64,000 nt of DNA from an uncultured virus (IMG/VR IMGVR_UViG_649633094_000002) (IMGVR_UViG_649633094_000002); one strand, 5' to 3'. Numbered from the stretch's first letter, positions 55,412 to 64,000 are shown. Notes: a model not told the origin generated them from the letters alone. Program-made: numbers and translations.

Positions 55412-56775
55412 TTTCTCGACCCCCTGTTCTTTGTCTTGTTTGTAAGCGGGTTGGTAGGCTTTGGCAATTTTGCCTTGACCCTCTGGAGCGTGTTCATCGA
55501 AACGCTCTGTTTCTTTGCTTTGTTGAAGATCTTTTCAGCCTTGCTCCTGCTTATTCCGAACTTGTCCGTCAGCTGTTTTATTGCCGAATCCTTATCCGTC
55601 AGATCAAGCCGCAGCACAGTATTTCCGCCCGTGACCGTAAAGCTGTTCTGAGATTCACGCTCTATGACGAAATTCTTGAAATTCAGCATTACAGCCTTTT
55701 CTGCAAATCCGAGCTTTTCAGCCTTTGCCAAAATAGCGGCAATGGTCTCGTTATCATTGACCTTCAAGTAATCGCGGATATTCCGTTCCACGTCCTCGCG
55801 CCTGATACTTGCCGCTGACAGCACGACAAAATTGCCCTCGCTGTCGGTAATAGTAAGATGCGGCGCTTTCTCGTTTTTGAACTTCATTCTCGCAAAGGAA
55901 AACTTCTCAGTGAGGATATTGTCATCATCAAGCTTTATATCCTTTTCAAAGTAATCCATTTGCTCGACCGTTCGGGAGCTGCTGTAATAGAACTTCTTCT
56001 GTTCATCGGTCAGCCTGCCCGCAAGGACATTTGCGACCTCCGCTGCCTTGAACGGCTCGAAGCCCATACGCTCATTCAGCATTCGTTCCAGCCTTGCTTT
56101 CGTACAGAAGTTCATGGTCAGCTTTTTACCGTCGTTCATATCGGTAATGACGATCTTAGGCTTGCCCTTTTCCTTTACGACCTCCACCGATATTTTCGAT
56201 AGTTCCGCCTGCATTTTTCTGTAATTCACAAGCGCCCGGTCTATCTGCTTTTCGTAAGCCGCATTGAAGATACACTTAACACCGTCCTGCGATTCCATGA
56301 AATTCACGGGAATATCGTGGTCGGCGCAGTACATCTGAAAGCCCTCGACATTAGCCTTATCAAAGGTTATCATCTTTTCGGCTTGCTCCGGCGGTCCCTG
56401 CGCCTTCATAGCATGGATATCCTTTACGATATTATCAAGCGTAGGCTTGTCCTTTAGGTTGAAGAACACGGACAAGGTGTTTTCCTTGCCCTTTTCTTGA
56501 ATACCGGCAACAGGTATCCCAAGCTTCTTGGCTCTTTTTGCAAGTTCCTTGAAGTCCTCCTTGCTGTACGACGGCAGCATACCTATCTCGCCGCCCGATT
56601 TCAGCTTCTTCAAACTGACATCGCCGCGATACTCCTTGGCTTTCTTGACCTTCGGTCCCTTCTGCCGTTCTTTGTCGATGTTTATCTTGATTATTTCCAG
56701 AATTATCTCGTTAGCCTTCGAGATAAGATCCGTTGTAACAGTAACACCGGCACTTGCGACGTCATCTCCGTGCAT
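55408..56775 (-). CDS. PcfB/DUF3801-like protein, first gene of the transfer operon
   Basis: G.VSLKKL...F...AKKLGI..A......VFF..KD pattern; directly upstream of virD4; AAGGAG RBS. Confidence 0.55.
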   Translation of the reverse strand: MHGDDVASAGVTVTTDLISKANEIILEIIKINIDKERQKGPKVKKAKEYRGDVSLKKLKSGGEIGMLPSYSKEDFKELAKRAKKLGIPVAGIQEKGKENTLSVFFNLKDKPTLDNIVKDIHAMKAQGPPEQAEKMITFDKANVEGFQMYCADHDIPVNFMESQDGVKCIFNAAYEKQIDRALVNYRKMQAELSKISVEVVKEKGKPKIVITDMNDGKKLTMNFCTKARLERMLNERMGFEPFKAAEVANVLAGRLTDEQKKFYYSSSRTVEQMDYFEKDIKLDDDNILTEKFSFARMKFKNEKAPHLTITDSEGNFVVLSAASIRREDVERNIRDYLKVNDNETIAAILAKAEKLGFAEKAVMLNFKNFVIERESQNSFTVTGGNTVLRLDLTDKDSAIKQLTDKFGISRSKAEKIFNKAKKQSVSMNTLQRVKAKLPKPTNPLTNKTKNRGSRK

Positions 56776-56911
56776 ATTTTCACCACTCCTTTCATGATAG
56801 GATGATCGCTGTTAAGAGTGACTTGCCTGTCTTGCCCTCTCATAAGTTAGGGGTCGGGAAGCCGTTTTTTTGAGGTCGGACAGAGCAAGTTCTCTTTTTT
56901 GCACAAACGAA

Positions 56912-57640
56912 TTACAGTCCGAAGTATTCTCTGCCGGCATTTTTGACAATAGACTTGATCTTTTCGACCGACTCCCATGCGGAGTGAGTGCTTATGCCCT
57001 CGTGCTTTGCAATCATGGTCGGGGTCTGTGCATAGCAGAGATACATCACGGCTCTGTTGGTCAGTATCTCGCCGTAGGGCTTGAACAGTTCTCTGACGGT
57101 GATGAGCAGTTCGATCTTTCTGGTATTATCCTCCTGATACATACCGTTCATCTCACCTCTCGCCACTTCCTCGAAGCCCTTTCCGTCACGCTTTTTTCTC
57201 AGCTTTTCCTTTTCGTAATTATCCTCGCTTCTGTATTTTGCAAGCTGCATACAGATCTTGTTGGATACCTCAATAAAATCGGGACAGTCTCTGTAATCCT
57301 CCATAAGATCACAGAGCTTTACAAGCACCGTCTTGCGGCTGTTTACATGGTTGAGCTGGCTTACATACGTTTCGGGAGTAACATACACCCATGTTTCTTT
57401 CTTGCACAGGTGCGGATAAAATCTCCTGATGTCCATCTTTACCGCATCATCACTCTCGCTCACAAGCGAAGACATAAGCTCCTTGTAGCGGCAGAGGTCA
57501 TTATACGCCTCCAGACCCACGTCAAAATACTCCACGCCCGAAATGTCCTCGGGGAAGTATTCCTTAACAGCGATCCTCATGGTCACGCTGCTCTTGCTGC
57601 CGTTTTCCTTATTGCCGATAACCTTTACATTCTTATTCAT
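56912..57640 (-). CDS. Sigma-70 region 4-like transcription regulator
   Basis: C-terminal HTH-like TPTMIAKHEGISTHSAWESVEKIKSIVK; GGAGG RBS before ATG 57640; immediately upstream of the transfer operon. Confidence 0.65.
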   Translation of the reverse strand: MNKNVKVIGNKENGSKSSVTMRIAVKEYFPEDISGVEYFDVGLEAYNDLCRYKELMSSLVSESDDAVKMDIRRFYPHLCKKETWVYVTPETYVSQLNHVNSRKTVLVKLCDLMEDYRDCPDFIEVSNKICMQLAKYRSEDNYEKEKLRKKRDGKGFEEVARGEMNGMYQEDNTRKIELLITVRELFKPYGEILTNRAVMYLCYAQTPTMIAKHEGISTHSAWESVEKIKSIVKNAGREYFGL

Positions 57641-57748
57641 GATAAAATTCCTCCGTTTTGATAATTGTTTTGATTGATTTTTGTTAAATTCAAATTCAAA
57701 ACGGAGATCATGGATATTTAGCTGTAAGGCACAGCCATTTTGCCGATA

Positions 57749-57795
57749 AAAACACGAAAAGCCCCTTTCCCGCACACAAATGCCGGAAAGGGGCT
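57749..57795 (-). terminator. Intrinsic terminator upstream of the sigma-like gene
   Basis: AGCCCCTTTCC/GGAAAGGGGCT stem followed by TTTCGTGTTTTT on the minus strand. Confidence 0.8.
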
Positions 57796-57821
57796 ATCTA
57801 ACACAGTACAAAATCGAGCAC

Positions 57822-57915
57822 AAAAAAAGCGCTGCACAAAACGACCGAATAAGCCTGCGTACATGAGTACAGATATACTCATATACCGGTTTTTCGGTCA
57901 GATTTTGTACGGCGC
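57822..57915 (-). terminator. Long multi-stem terminator/attenuator
   Basis: GCGC..GTACAAAA..GACCGAA..ATGAGTA/TACTCAT..TTCGGTC.TTTTGTGC.GCGC followed by T7. Confidence 0.65.
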
Positions 57916-58035
57916 TTGGTAGTCCGCAGTTTTTAAGCTGCGCCTCCGCTAAGACGGGTTTCTCTCCCGCCCCAATTATGCACGATTAGAAATCTTAGTC
58001 TATATCCAATTGTAATTATTGATTATGTGGTATTC

Positions 58036-58254
58036 TCAGAAATACCTCTTTGCTGTCCTGAAATACGCAAGATTTATCGCAAAAATGCGCTTGCACTTGG
58101 GACACTTTATATTCATATGTCCGGTGCAGTCGGAATAAACGCTCTGCACCTTGTAATTGCACTTTGGGCATTTGATGAACCTCTCGTTCAGCCCTGCCGC
58201 GTCTATTTCCATAGAGGAAATAGAAAGATATTTATACATAGCCTCAGTGGTCAC
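58036..58254 (-). CDS. Small zinc-ribbon protein
   Basis: Two IKCPKC motifs; GGAGGT RBS before GTG. Confidence 0.75.
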   Translation of the reverse strand: MTTEAMYKYLSISSMEIDAAGLNERFIKCPKCNYKVQSVYSDCTGHMNIKCPKCKRIFAINLAYFRTAKRYF

Positions 58255-58966
58255 TCGCAGCACCTCCGAGGAAAAAGCCTCCCGTAAGCTCTTTTATGTT
58301 ATGCTTTTCGAGCATATTCAGATGCTTCAGACGGATAATAAGTGCGCTCATGGATACCTGCATGAAATCGGCGATCTCACGGAGCTTGTTCTGCGTTTCT
58401 CTGTCAAAGGTATCATTACCGTAAACACATATAGGCTGATCCTCCATTACCGAGCGGCAGGTGTTTCTCACAAGTCTTCTCGGCATGAGGAGCGCGGCAG
58501 CACCTCTGTCTGCCTGAAGCTCCCTTTTATCCATGAGAGTTTTGAGTTCTGCGACAGAACACTTCTTTTCCATGCTGAACTCGGTACGGTATGCCGCAAT
58601 AGGGGTTCCGTTATTAAAAACGGTTTCAAGATGATGATACACCTCATGAGCCAGCGTAAAGCGACGTTTATGTTTCTTTTCGTCTACCTTAAGTTCATCA
58701 GCGATAAGAATGTTAAATGCAGGGAAGGTCACGCTCCTCGGTCCTTCTTTAGTCATAACGTTTACCGGAGTTTCTCCGTCGGAATAGAAACCGAGCCTTT
58801 TTTCATCTTCCTCATTACAGAAGGAAACATATCTGAGCGTCAGTCCGATAGACCTTGCAAAGCCTGCAATGTCAACGGGCTGGTACGAATAGTAAAGTCC
58901 CGCAAAATCCTTGATAAGCTGTTCGCAGATCTCGTCCTGCGCTCTCGGTGATAAATAGTAGTTCAT
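58244..58966 (-). CDS. ImmA/IrrE family metallopeptidase (left operon)
   Basis: RRFTLAHEVYH, ELQADRGAAALLMP. Confidence 0.88.
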   Translation of the reverse strand: MNYYLSPRAQDEICEQLIKDFAGLYYSYQPVDIAGFARSIGLTLRYVSFCNEEDEKRLGFYSDGETPVNVMTKEGPRSVTFPAFNILIADELKVDEKKHKRRFTLAHEVYHHLETVFNNGTPIAAYRTEFSMEKKCSVAELKTLMDKRELQADRGAAALLMPRRLVRNTCRSVMEDQPICVYGNDTFDRETQNKLREIADFMQVSMSALIIRLKHLNMLEKHNIKELTGGFFLGGAASDH

Positions 58967-59054
58967 GTTTCTTTACTCCTTTCACTTTACCTGATACGTT
59001 GATATATTTTCATCAGCTCCCGCGACCGGGGCTTGCACGTTTGCTGTGATATGA

Positions 59055-59083
59055 ATTATATCACTTCAAAAGCACAATGTCAA
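59055..59083 (-). promoter_or_regulatory. Consensus promoter of the leftward regulatory/transfer transcript
   Basis: TTGACA-17 bp-TATAAT on the minus strand. Confidence 0.85.
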
Positions 59084-59322
59084 GCGCATTTCAACAAATT
59101 TTGAAATTTTGTAAGTTTGCACCGAAAAGCGCATTTCAAATGCGTAAAAGTCACAAAAATAGATAAATCGTCGCATTTACTCGGATTTGCTATTGACAAA
59201 TGCACTTTTTTGTGTTATCTTAAATATACCAAAGTGCGCTTTATAACATTTTGGTTGAGCGCAAATAAACGGAGGTAATATTATGACTTTTGGTGAAAAA
59301 TTAAAAAATCTGCGCATTTCAA
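59084..59322. promoter_or_regulatory. Putative repressor operators, GCGCATTTCAA x3 plus variants
   Basis: Exact copies at 59084-59094, 59129-59139 and 59312-59322; the first abuts the -35 of the leftward promoter. Confidence 0.65.
59193..59221 (+). promoter_or_regulatory. Promoter of the XRE repressor operon
   Basis: TTGACA-17 bp-TATCTT with TGn extension. Confidence 0.7.
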
Positions 59323-59681
59323 TAGATAAGACGCAGGGAGAAGCAGCAGACGGAATAGGCATTTCAAGGAGAGCTTTGCAGCAGTATGAAATGGGCGAAA
59401 CTATCCCGAGATTTGACAGGATCTATGAACAGGCAGCAAAATACTATAATGTCCCCGTAGAGTTTTTAAAGAACGAATCCGAAGATGATTTTAAGAAGTG
59501 CGCAGAATACGGTTACGGTGCCAAAGGAAAAAAGCAGGCTGAGGAGCTTGCAAACGAGATTGCCGGACTTTTTGCGGGCGGCGAGCTTTCCGAGGAAGAT
59601 GCCGACAAGATCATGAAGGTCATGGAAGAAGCATACTGGGAAATAAAGATAAGAAAAAAGAATAAAGACAACAATACATGA
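59283..59681 (+). CDS. XRE-family HTH repressor (ImmR-like)
   Basis: FGEKLKNLR...TQGEAA..IGISRRALQQYE.G...P; GGAGGT RBS. Confidence 0.9.
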   Translation: MTFGEKLKNLRISIDKTQGEAADGIGISRRALQQYEMGETIPRFDRIYEQAAKYYNVPVEFLKNESEDDFKKCAEYGYGAKGKKQAEELANEIAGLFAGGELSEEDADKIMKVMEEAYWEIKIRKKNKDNNT

Positions 59682-59702
59682 TGTTCCGGAGGTATTCAAA
59701 CA

Positions 59703-60200
59703 TTGGAAAGTATCTATGCTCTTGTTATGCAAATTATTTTGACATATATGACGAGAGACCCCTTTGAGATAGCAGAAAGTCTGGGGATACTCGTAAAAGA
59801 AGCAGACATGGGTAATCAGCAGGGCTTTTTCAGATATATTGATGGTGTTCCCTGCATTTTCATTTCATCACGATTAAATGTTTTTCAGCGGCTGATAGTG
59901 TGTGCTCATGAGCTTGGACACTATTATCTTCATTCGGAAATAGCAAAGGAAAAAGTGCTCCGGGAGTTTGGATTGTTCAACATGAAAAACATAGTTGAAA
60001 ATGAAGCTAACGTTTTCGCCGCGGAGCTGCTCATTGACGAAGATGAGTTACTGGAAAAGTTTGAAGAAGGCTATACCATATTTCAAGCTGCAAGTGCTTT
60101 GGGCTACAGCAGCAATCTCATATATATAAAGCTAAGAGAAATGAACAGACGAGGCTATAATTTCGATTTATCATGGGGAAATCGTGAACTGTTCAATTGA
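59703..60200 (+). CDS. ImmA/IrrE family metallopeptidase (anti-repressor-like)
   Basis: TRDPFEIA, CAHELGH, ENEANVFAAELL; directly after the XRE gene. Confidence 0.9.
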   Translation: MESIYALVMQIILTYMTRDPFEIAESLGILVKEADMGNQQGFFRYIDGVPCIFISSRLNVFQRLIVCAHELGHYYLHSEIAKEKVLREFGLFNMKNIVENEANVFAAELLIDEDELLEKFEEGYTIFQAASALGYSSNLIYIKLREMNRRGYNFDLSWGNRELFN

Positions 60201-60232
60201 TGATAGTTTGATCTATGAAGGGAGGGAGTGCA

Positions 60233-61493
60233 ATGGCAGAACAATGCTATATGTGCGTGGATCTGTCGAAGTTTTTTCGCAAGTGCAGAATGTGTAGCCA
60301 GGAATCTTGACCCGAATACGACCGACCTTGTAGTTGCCGACGAATCGAGAGGCAAGGGCGCTATCTGCCTTGCTGTATCTCCCGCTATTCATAAAAAGGG
60401 TGTTAAGAACCGCTGCCGCCTTTATGAGATACCCGACAACCTCGACTACATCATTGCAAAGCCACGAATGAGAATGTACATGAACATCTCGGCTCATATC
60501 TACGGCATTTACAAGAAGTTCGTAGCCCCCGAGGACGTTTATCCTTATTCCATCGACGAGGTTTTTCTGAATGCCGGTCCATATCTTTCGTTATACAAGA
60601 TGACCCCGAAAGAGTTTGCTAATGCGATAATGGACAAGATAATGGAAGAAACGGGCATCACCGCGACCGCAGGTATCGGCACGAATATGTTTCTTGCGAA
60701 AGTTGCGCTTGACATAACGGCGAAGCACGTTCCCAATCACATAGGCGTTCTTGACGAGGACACCTTTATTGCGACTGTTCAGAAGCACCGCCCCATAACC
60801 GACATCTGGGGTATAGGCAGAGGAACAGCGCAGCGGCTGGAGCGTTTCGGAGTATTTGACCTTGAAGGGATAACCCATATTCCCGAAGCAACCATGTACC
60901 GAACCTTCGGTAAGAACGCCGAAATATTGATAGACCACGCATACGGTCGGGAGCCATGTACACTTGCCGACGTTCAGAATTATCAGTCAAAAACACGTTC
61001 TTTGTCAAACAGTCAGGTACTTTTCAAAGATTATTCACATTCAGGTGCTCGGCTCATACTGAAAGAAATGGTGGACAGCCTTACGAACGAGCTTGTGGGA
61101 CAGGCTATGTACACTAATCACGTTTCACTGTATATTCGTTACAGTAATGACGTTATAGCCCCTACGGGTGGCTCAAAGAAACTGGAACAGCACACCAATT
61201 CCTACAAGGATATTTCAGAGATGATGCTGAAAATATACGACAGCACCACAAACAAAGGATACAGTATCCGTCAGATCGGTATCAGCTATGGTGATCTCGT
61301 TTACGAGCACTGTGAGCAGCTGTCGTTTTTCAAGGACGACGTTAAGGCACAAAAGGAGCAACAGCTTCTTCATGCGGTTTCGGTCTTAAAGGACAGGTTC
61401 GGCAAAAACTCCGTTCTGCGAGGAATGAGCTTGCAGGAGGACGCTACGGCAATGATACGAAATACACTTGTAGGAGGTCACAGCGGTGGATAG
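60233..61493 (+). pseudogene. Y-family DNA polymerase (UmuC/ImpB-like) with a one-base frameshift near codon 12
   Basis: The GGAGG-7nt-ATG frame reads MAEQCYMCVDL, while SFFASAEC...YSIDE...AGIGTNMFLAKVA continues in the +1 frame. Confidence 0.75.
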
Positions 61494-61821
61494 AGCAGAA
61501 CGAGCGAAGATTTTTATGCCTTTCGCCAGTCTGAAAGGCTACTATGACCTTATCCTCGCACAAGAGGACGGACAAGAGGTCAAACGGCAGGTGGACGATG
61601 AAACCGCCGCAAAGATCTCCGACAAGCTGAACCGTATCAATAAAGGCAGCAGCATCAAGGTCGAGTATTTTGAGTGCGGCAACTACATCACAGAAAAAGG
61701 CAAGGTCAGCCGTATTGATTACTCGTACAAGTTCCTTGTGGTGAACGAACAGAAGATATGGTTTGATGATATTATGGATATTGATGACTATGTTCCCTAT
61801 GGACGGGAAACGTGGCTGTAG
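61486..61821 (+). CDS. YolD-like protein
   Basis: RAKIFMPFASLKG...I.V.YF..G.Y....G.V..ID; coupled to the polymerase. Confidence 0.85.
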   Translation: MDRAERAKIFMPFASLKGYYDLILAQEDGQEVKRQVDDETAAKISDKLNRINKGSSIKVEYFECGNYITEKGKVSRIDYSYKFLVVNEQKIWFDDIMDIDDYVPYGRETWL

Positions 61822-61838
61822 AAAGGAAGGAATACAAC

Positions 61839-62648
61839 ATGGGTTATTTATTTACAACAAGCAAGGATATTAATGATCTGGATATATACAAGTTCGATAC
61901 CATTATGGCAACAGACGAGGAGGTCGAAATAGCAAGACTGTTTCTTCTCTCCGAATTTGATGATGACTTTGTCAGAATGGAGAAGAATTATTCCGAAGAA
62001 GCGGCGTCCTATGTATATAGGAGAACGCTTGTAACATTTCTAAGATATGTTCAGGAGTGGATGAACATAGCCGTGTATCCCGGCTTAATGGGGCAGGAGC
62101 ACAGACCCTCTGCCGGGGAGGAAGCCGTAATGGTTATAGTTACAAGGTCTATTTTACCGGAAATGGTATCGGATTATTTAGAGGGAAAAAGTTCCTCACA
62201 GGGCTACACTATATATCAGATGTCCGACGAAGATGTTTTAAGCATTCGTGAAGAGTTTACAGGGAAAGAAGCTACGATCAATGAAGATGATCTGATAGCC
62301 ATCGGCTCCGACGCATTTCATGTCATTGACTACGAAAGCGTCCTCCCTGTCAAAGTAACCGACCGCAAAGGATTTCTATTCTTCTGCGAAGATAGTGAGG
62401 GAGAAGACTATGTTGTACCTTTCCACCGGCTCTTCCGAACCGAGGAAGAAGCTGACAGACTGGTTGCGGAAAGGAATGAACGCCGTAATAGTGCGATTGA
62501 ACAATATCATCTTCTTGATTTTACCGATGATAAGAAATTACAGCATGATCGGAAAATAGCGCTTGAATGGCTGCATTATAACCATGATATACCCGAGTTG
62601 CTGGCTTATAGGCTCAACAAAGGTATTAAACTGACAACAGCCGTATAA
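61839..62648 (+). CDS. Hypothetical protein
   Basis: Long acidic ORF; AAGGA RBS before ATG 61839. Confidence 0.7.
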   Translation: MGYLFTTSKDINDLDIYKFDTIMATDEEVEIARLFLLSEFDDDFVRMEKNYSEEAASYVYRRTLVTFLRYVQEWMNIAVYPGLMGQEHRPSAGEEAVMVIVTRSILPEMVSDYLEGKSSSQGYTIYQMSDEDVLSIREEFTGKEATINEDDLIAIGSDAFHVIDYESVLPVKVTDRKGFLFFCEDSEGEDYVVPFHRLFRTEEEADRLVAERNERRNSAIEQYHLLDFTDDKKLQHDRKIALEWLHYNHDIPELLAYRLNKGIKLTTAV

Positions 62649-62761
62649 GAATAAGAACCGACATCTGAGTTCACTGATTAGGCTTGATTATATATTGGAT
62701 GCCGGTGACTACGTTCCAAATGGTCTGAAAAGCGGATATAAAGCCTGCTTCTAAAATGGAC

Positions 62762-62790
62762 TTGCATTATGAGATAAACTATGGTATAAT
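62762..62790 (+). promoter_or_regulatory. Sigma-A-like promoter
   Basis: TTGCAT-17 bp-TATAAT with TGn extension. Confidence 0.65.
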
Positions 62791-62832
62791 CTATATAACG
62801 GTTGTTACTATAAAAACGAGGAGACTTCATCA

Positions 62833-63195
62833 ATGGACGACAGCAATAATATTGGAATCAGAATCGTAACGCTATTTGATATACTTGTATCAATATTTGT
62901 CGGAATAAAGTGCATACCCTCCGGCGTTCATATCCTGCTGAGAATACTCATTATTTTCGCCATATTCTTTGCAGCTTTCTTTATAATGAACATAAAAAAG
63001 TTCGGCATCGGCTTGATTGCCATTGTCGCCCTAAGCTTATTGTTCACATGGGTCGCAAACGGGATCATTATTGCACCTAAAGTGGAAGATACGGTATGGA
63101 AATGGGTACTAAGAGCCTGCGCTTTTCTGATCTGCTTTCTCGGACACATTAAGCTTACTGTTTGGGACGAGGAGATCAAGGACAGATTTTTTTGA
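62833..63195 (+). CDS. Hypothetical membrane protein with four TM segments
   Basis: GAGGAG RBS, four hydrophobic segments, own promoter and a downstream hairpin at about 63200-63247. Confidence 0.75.
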   Translation: MDDSNNIGIRIVTLFDILVSIFVGIKCIPSGVHILLRILIIFAIFFAAFFIMNIKKFGIGLIAIVALSLLFTWVANGIIIAPKVEDTVWKWVLRACAFLICFLGHIKLTVWDEEIKDRFF

Positions 63196-63279
63196 TTAAA
63201 AAACCTGCCTCAGCATCTGCGATGATGTTGGGATAGGTTTTCCTTTCGTTTACTATATATACCAACATAATGGAGATAA

Positions 63280-64000
63280 ATGTGGCTTATATTATTTTGC
63301 CATGATAATCACATCATGGCATTATGTTTGTTGGCAAGCTCCTTTGTCAATGAACTTCCAATGGCAAATTCATATTATGATAGTTTGCATTATGAGAAGT
63401 TCCCCGATGGTTCGGTGAAGTGCATCGAAGATGAGATACCGTTTGAGCTGCCGGAGGGGTGGCGTTGGGATAGGCTTGGTAATGTATCAATCATTGCAAG
63501 AGGTGGTTCACCACGTCCAATAGAATCGTATATAACAGACGATGAAAACGGTATAAATTGGATTAAAATCGGTGATACAGAAAAGGACGGAAAATATATA
63601 TTTAAGACGAAAGAAAAAATAAAACCTGAAGGATTATCCAAATCACGTTATGTTGAATCAGGCGATTTTCTTCTTACTAACTCCATGAGTTTTGGCAGAC
63701 CATATATATTGAGAACTGATGGCTGTATTCATGACGGTTGGCTTGTAATCGGAAATATAGATACCGTATTTAATCAGGATTTCCTCTACTATGCACTTAG
63801 TTCGGATTTTATGTATCAAACTCTATCGTTGTTAGCAGCAGGATCTACCGTGAAAAATTTGAAATCTGATACTGTTAAATCGGTTCTATTCCCTATACCA
63901 CCTATGCGGGAACAAAAACGGATAGCAGAAAAACTTGATTCTTTAATATCATTCGTTATCAAAATAGAATCTGACAAAACAGACCTCCAAACCACCATAC
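63280..64000 (+). CDS. hsdS: Type I restriction-modification specificity subunit segment (runs off the window; absent from the ORF track)
   Basis: Hand translation: HYEKFPDGSVKCIEDEIPFELPEGWRWDRLG...RGGSPRP...WIKIGD...GDFLLTNSMSFGRP...FPIPPMREQKRIAEKL; start uncertain. Confidence 0.88.
   Translation, partial: MWLILFCHDNHIMALCLLASSFVNELPMANSYYDSLHYEKFPDGSVKCIEDEIPFELPEGWRWDRLGNVSIIARGGSPRPIESYITDDENGINWIKIGDTEKDGKYIFKTKEKIKPEGLSKSRYVESGDFLLTNSMSFGRPYILRTDGCIHDGWLVIGNIDTVFNQDFLYYALSSDFMYQTLSLLAAGSTVKNLKSDTVKSVLFPIPPMREQKRIAEKLDSLISFVIKIESDKTDLQTTI

Larger units (their letters stand above)
17965..62648. mobile_element. ICE-like conjugative element core (Gram-positive T4SS); true ends not established
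   Basis: ~40-kb co-oriented minus-strand block with VirD4, VirB4, VirB6-like, PrgI, adhesin, TopB, methylase-helicase and ArdC-like genes, plus ImmR/ImmA-like regulators. Confidence 0.85.

Noticed and set aside
56870..58951. Long plus-strand ORFs 56870..57661 and 58157..58951, and similar opposite-strand ORFs throughout the window
   Set aside because: Antisense shadows of well-supported genes, with no motifs or RBS.
60184..60196. GAACTGTTC as a LexA box before the polymerase
   Set aside because: Does not fit the Firmicute GAAC-N4-GTTC spacing.
1..64000. rRNA, tRNA, retron/DGR reverse transcriptase or toxin-antitoxin genes
   Set aside because: None recognised by eye; small or divergent ones cannot be excluded without covariance and HMM searches.

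Overview
Window from a Firmicute, probably a Clostridia/Ruminococcus-like gut bacterium (inferred from gene families). It has four blocks. (1) 1-12.2 kb, minus strand: a Wzy-dependent surface-polysaccharide locus (PglD-like acetyltransferase, priming sugar transferase fused to an epimerase, glycosyltransferases, wzy, acyltransferase, WbsX-like protein, rmlB, rmlD). It is preceded by a diverged second copy of its first two genes, in which the sugar transferase is cut off at the KFRSM motif next to three ~31-bp repeats. (2) 12.2-17.9 kb: an SF2 helicase, a SLOG-like gene and two paralogous tyrosine recombinases. Each recombinase gene lies, together with a divergent consensus TTGACA-17-TATAAT promoter, between inverted core-type sites that share an arm consensus but have different 7-bp overlaps (CAACTTA vs TCACAGA). 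A terminator sits just outside each right-hand site. I read this as two self-inverting promoter switches, one upstream of the helicase/polysaccharide genes; it is the best candidate for an undescribed system. (3) 18-62.6 kb: an ICE-like conjugation module (virD4, virB2/B4/B6-like, prgI, thioester-domain adhesin, topB, 2936-aa methylase-SNF2 helicase, four tandem paralogues, ArdC-like polyvalent protein) with an ImmR/ImmA-type regulatory region, a sigma-like gene and a Y-family polymerase/YolD pair. No relaxase is visible. Oddities include a TnpV-like gene overprinted inside the giant helicase, probable ATA/ATT start codons on three transfer genes, and a one-base frameshift at the start of the polymerase. 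(4) 63.3-64 kb: a type I R-M hsdS segment running off the window. All calls come from motif recognition by eye; no database searches were run.
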